A stretch of 64,000 nucleotides of DNA. It comes from an uncultured bacterium (GTDB lineage Bacteria; Oederibacteriota; JAAXVQ01; JAUVAV01). Location: contig CAVQBK010000003.1 of assembly GCA_963710755.1 (NCBI GenBank), positions 1,216,001-1,280,000 of the forward strand. Direction: 5' to 3'. How positions within the stretch are numbered: the stretch's first letter is position 1; each line of letters begins with the position of its first letter. Under the pieces are notes generated by a model. The model did not search any database. It worked only from the letters and a program-made list of their open reading frames with translations, and was not told where the DNA came from. Shown piece by piece: positions 62,801-64,000 of this stretch. Made by a program: the position numbers and the translations under genes.

Positions 62801-63061
62801 CCCAATCCTGCCGGCAGGGAAGTCAGCTTTAGTTTTAACCGTCAACAAGCACAGCTGGTGCAGATTGATATTTATAATATGGCTGGGGAACGGATAGCCC
62901 AAGTCTCGGGCCAAACCCAACCAATTGCAGGTGACCATCAGAAAATAGTCTGGTTGGTTCAGCAGGCAGCGCCGGGGTTATACTTATGCCGTGTTCAATG
63001 GAGCGGTCTAAATGGGGAAGAAAAGGCCAGAGCAGTTAAAAAACTGGTGATAGTTAAATAG
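59825..63061 (+). CDS. Secreted GH144-type endo-beta-1,2-glucanase with two malectin domains, a CBM-like domain and a C-terminal sorting-like domain (start may be ATG 59840)
   Basis: Signal peptide; two malectin motifs (L.F/YAE...G.RVFDV.IN); GH144 motifs SIAATGF, GFFFHFLD, ELSSIDST, YNEG, WGLTASD, DGTV and GIDQG...IENYRTG; C-terminal LYPNP...IYNMAGE...PGLY. Confidence 0.85.
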   Translation: MMGCCMKVSYNHRFFPTMILLLVTLVFIVIGIASADYDKRVICGRDSGGPYTDVYGYRWEQDQAYIPGDFGFTKPGTIGVYYGGVIENTVNWIPYRYERWNDPEYQFDVPGPGTYYVKLLYAEKWFGLPLDAGFGGGGVGSRVFDVLINDTMVQQDFDILLDTGERGARAVVMTYPVVIPSGGPYAIKITIASADQGGKLDAIEIADHPTLTAVMDNYRPASMTHEEVYRLNCGGGQVLDSQQQLWMPDEPFAMVQRWGFAGGREAVKPSYDINLLGVLDTWRAGDDQMSYRLHIPNGRYQVVLLFSEHEAQSPGQRVFDVLVNGQTVGNQLDIFKEAGAATLLEKETTLTVSDEKVDIRFANITAGEAMINGIELHVLDVTDNDFLDFVEKRSLDYFRMTDGPFATVNANNGLTLDRQHNFFGDHQWGAASIAATGFALAAICAGAERGWLDKAQVEQQAATTITYFNSASDYQDETQDEVTQKEGFFFHFLDMNTGKRVSTCELSSIDSTLLFAGMLAAADYFKNTALDSQAQALLQRANWTWFAQSSSLGFCAMAWRPESGAFESQWSRYNEGVLLNIIGMGASNNALSTAAWYYMDRYWVKAEGFDYMIEDPVEPTPMFTHLYPQCYLRLSNLQDDKNNYFKNNALVVDVDKAYCQSHSDQTYQAGGWGLTASDSPKKVYSYAVYRTKDGENDGTVNPCMVAGAIPFAPQQTIADLRRLYFDYKHFIWGRFGFSNSYNLDAPKLVSDEKSGVGWVAADIIGIDQGALVAGIENYRTGFVWDHFMAQPSVKQGMARVGMGSLLIDDFDNDGFYQDQPLSRDANWWSTAPSQCSLSVVTDQPGNSTACLKIDYIFQTGQTGLDFGMANLSQPANMSYFQDQSSLTFAFKGTVTMQLRFEDKKGQVSSWSSPFSLSSDQWQEENWDYNNLNWLNCDNKQIEKITFHIISVPNNANPGIFYLDSIRLGGSAVPVIVTSEILDKLKSDDVLLYPNPAGREVSFSFNRQQAQLVQIDIYNMAGERIAQVSGQTQPIAGDHQKIVWLVQQAAPGLYLCRVQWSGLNGEEKARAVKKLVIVK

Positions 63062-63086
63062 TGTGACCTATTTTATTTGATTTATC

Positions 63087-63114
63087 TTGACACCCCAAAG
63101 AAATATGATAAAAT
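63087..63114 (+). promoter_or_regulatory. sigma70 promoter for the ABC transporter gene
   Basis: TTGACA-N16-TAAAAT with a TG extension. Confidence 0.7.
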
Positions 63115-63177
63115 CCATTCGGTTTTTTGACCACTTCCATTGAATTTTCTGTCAATCCTTTTAAAAGGAGCTATCCC

Positions 63178-64000
63178 ATGATAATGCCCAAATCAAAGTT
63201 AAATCTTTTTCTCATTGTCTTTTTAGGCATGATCTCCATGACGTTCTTGGGCTGCGGAGGCAAAAAGGCAGCACCGAATAAATCCTTGGTTATTTGGGGC
63301 ATGGGGGTGGAAGGTGAAAAGTTAAAAGAAATCATCGGCGATTTTAAGGCCGAACATCCGGAAGCTCAATTTACCATTCAGTCCGTACCTTGGGGAACAG
63401 CTCATGAAAAAATGATTACTTCTGTGGCCGGGGGCATTGGCCCGGATGTTTGCCAATTTGGCACCACCTGGATACCTGAATTTGTGGCCCTCGATGCTTT
63501 GGAACCATTGGACAGTTATATCGACAAATCGCCGAAAATCTCCAAAGCCGATTATTTTGAAGGGTCATGGGATACCGGTGTTATTAATAATGTAGATTAT
63601 GGAATTCCCTGGTATGTGGATACGCGTGTCGTTTTCTATCGTACGGATATCCTGCGGGAAGTGGGTTTTGACCATGCCCCACGAACCTGGGATGAGTTGA
63701 AAACAGTATGTGAAAAATTAACCGTCAAAAATGAAAAGGGTGACTATCTGCGCACAGGGATTTCCCTCTCGCCGGTGGATGCCAAAACCCTGCTGATGTT
63801 CATGTGGTCCAACGGCGGTGATGTATTGGCCGATGGCAATAAGAAAGTGGTCATCGACAGTCCCGAAAATGTGGAAGCCCTTCAATTTTATGCCATGTTT
63901 TTCAAAGAAGGTCTTTCCCCCATGGTGGCGCCAGGGGGGCTGGAATTATACAATAATTTTAAAACCGGCTATACGCCTATGTTCATTGGCGGGCCTTGGA
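63178..64000 (+). CDS. ABC transporter sugar-binding lipoprotein (partial, runs off the window)
   Basis: Not in the ORF track. RBS AAGGAG, then MIMPKSK...FLGC lipobox, IWGMGVEGEKL, VPWGTAHEK, PDVCQFGTTWIPEF, ALEPLD and YGIPWYVDTRV. Confidence 0.9.
   Translation, partial: MIMPKSKLNLFLIVFLGMISMTFLGCGGKKAAPNKSLVIWGMGVEGEKLKEIIGDFKAEHPEAQFTIQSVPWGTAHEKMITSVAGGIGPDVCQFGTTWIPEFVALDALEPLDSYIDKSPKISKADYFEGSWDTGVINNVDYGIPWYVDTRVVFYRTDILREVGFDHAPRTWDELKTVCEKLTVKNEKGDYLRTGISLSPVDAKTLLMFMWSNGGDVLADGNKKVVIDSPENVEALQFYAMFFKEGLSPMVAPGGLELYNNFKTGYTPMFIGGPW

Overview
A 64-kb bacterial chromosomal window in which all credible genes lie on the + strand. It opens with the end of a dcw cluster (ddl, ftsQ-like, ftsA, ftsZ, amidase), a beta-propeller lipoprotein and glgA. 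The rest is a ~55-kb region built around two paralogous giant proteins (~3,140 aa and ~9,460 aa). The giants share a signal peptide, a ~450-aa N-terminal domain, a weakly conserved C-terminal region ending in AGxA, and an upstream TGTTTC-N5-GAAACA palindrome at nearly the same distance from a sigma70-like promoter. Their middles differ. Giant 1 carries UDP-glucose-pyrophosphorylase-like and ManC-like nucleotidyltransferase domains. Giant 2 carries LysM, FN3-like segments, two Cgs/OpgH-like glucosyltransferase modules, two Cgs-cyclase/GH144-like barrels, two M50-like HExxH units, near-identical 300-bp repeats and internal signal-peptide-like segments. Giant 2 sits between a GH94 1,2-beta-oligoglucan phosphorylase and a malectin-GH144 glucanase followed by an ABC sugar-binding protein. 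Between the giants are tRNA-Glu, lepB, nfeD-floA, beta-PGM, ManA and a phosphohexomutase. The candidate novel system is a co-regulated pair of modular giant (poly)proteins tied to beta-1,2-glucan metabolism. All domain calls come from motif recognition by eye; no database searches were run.
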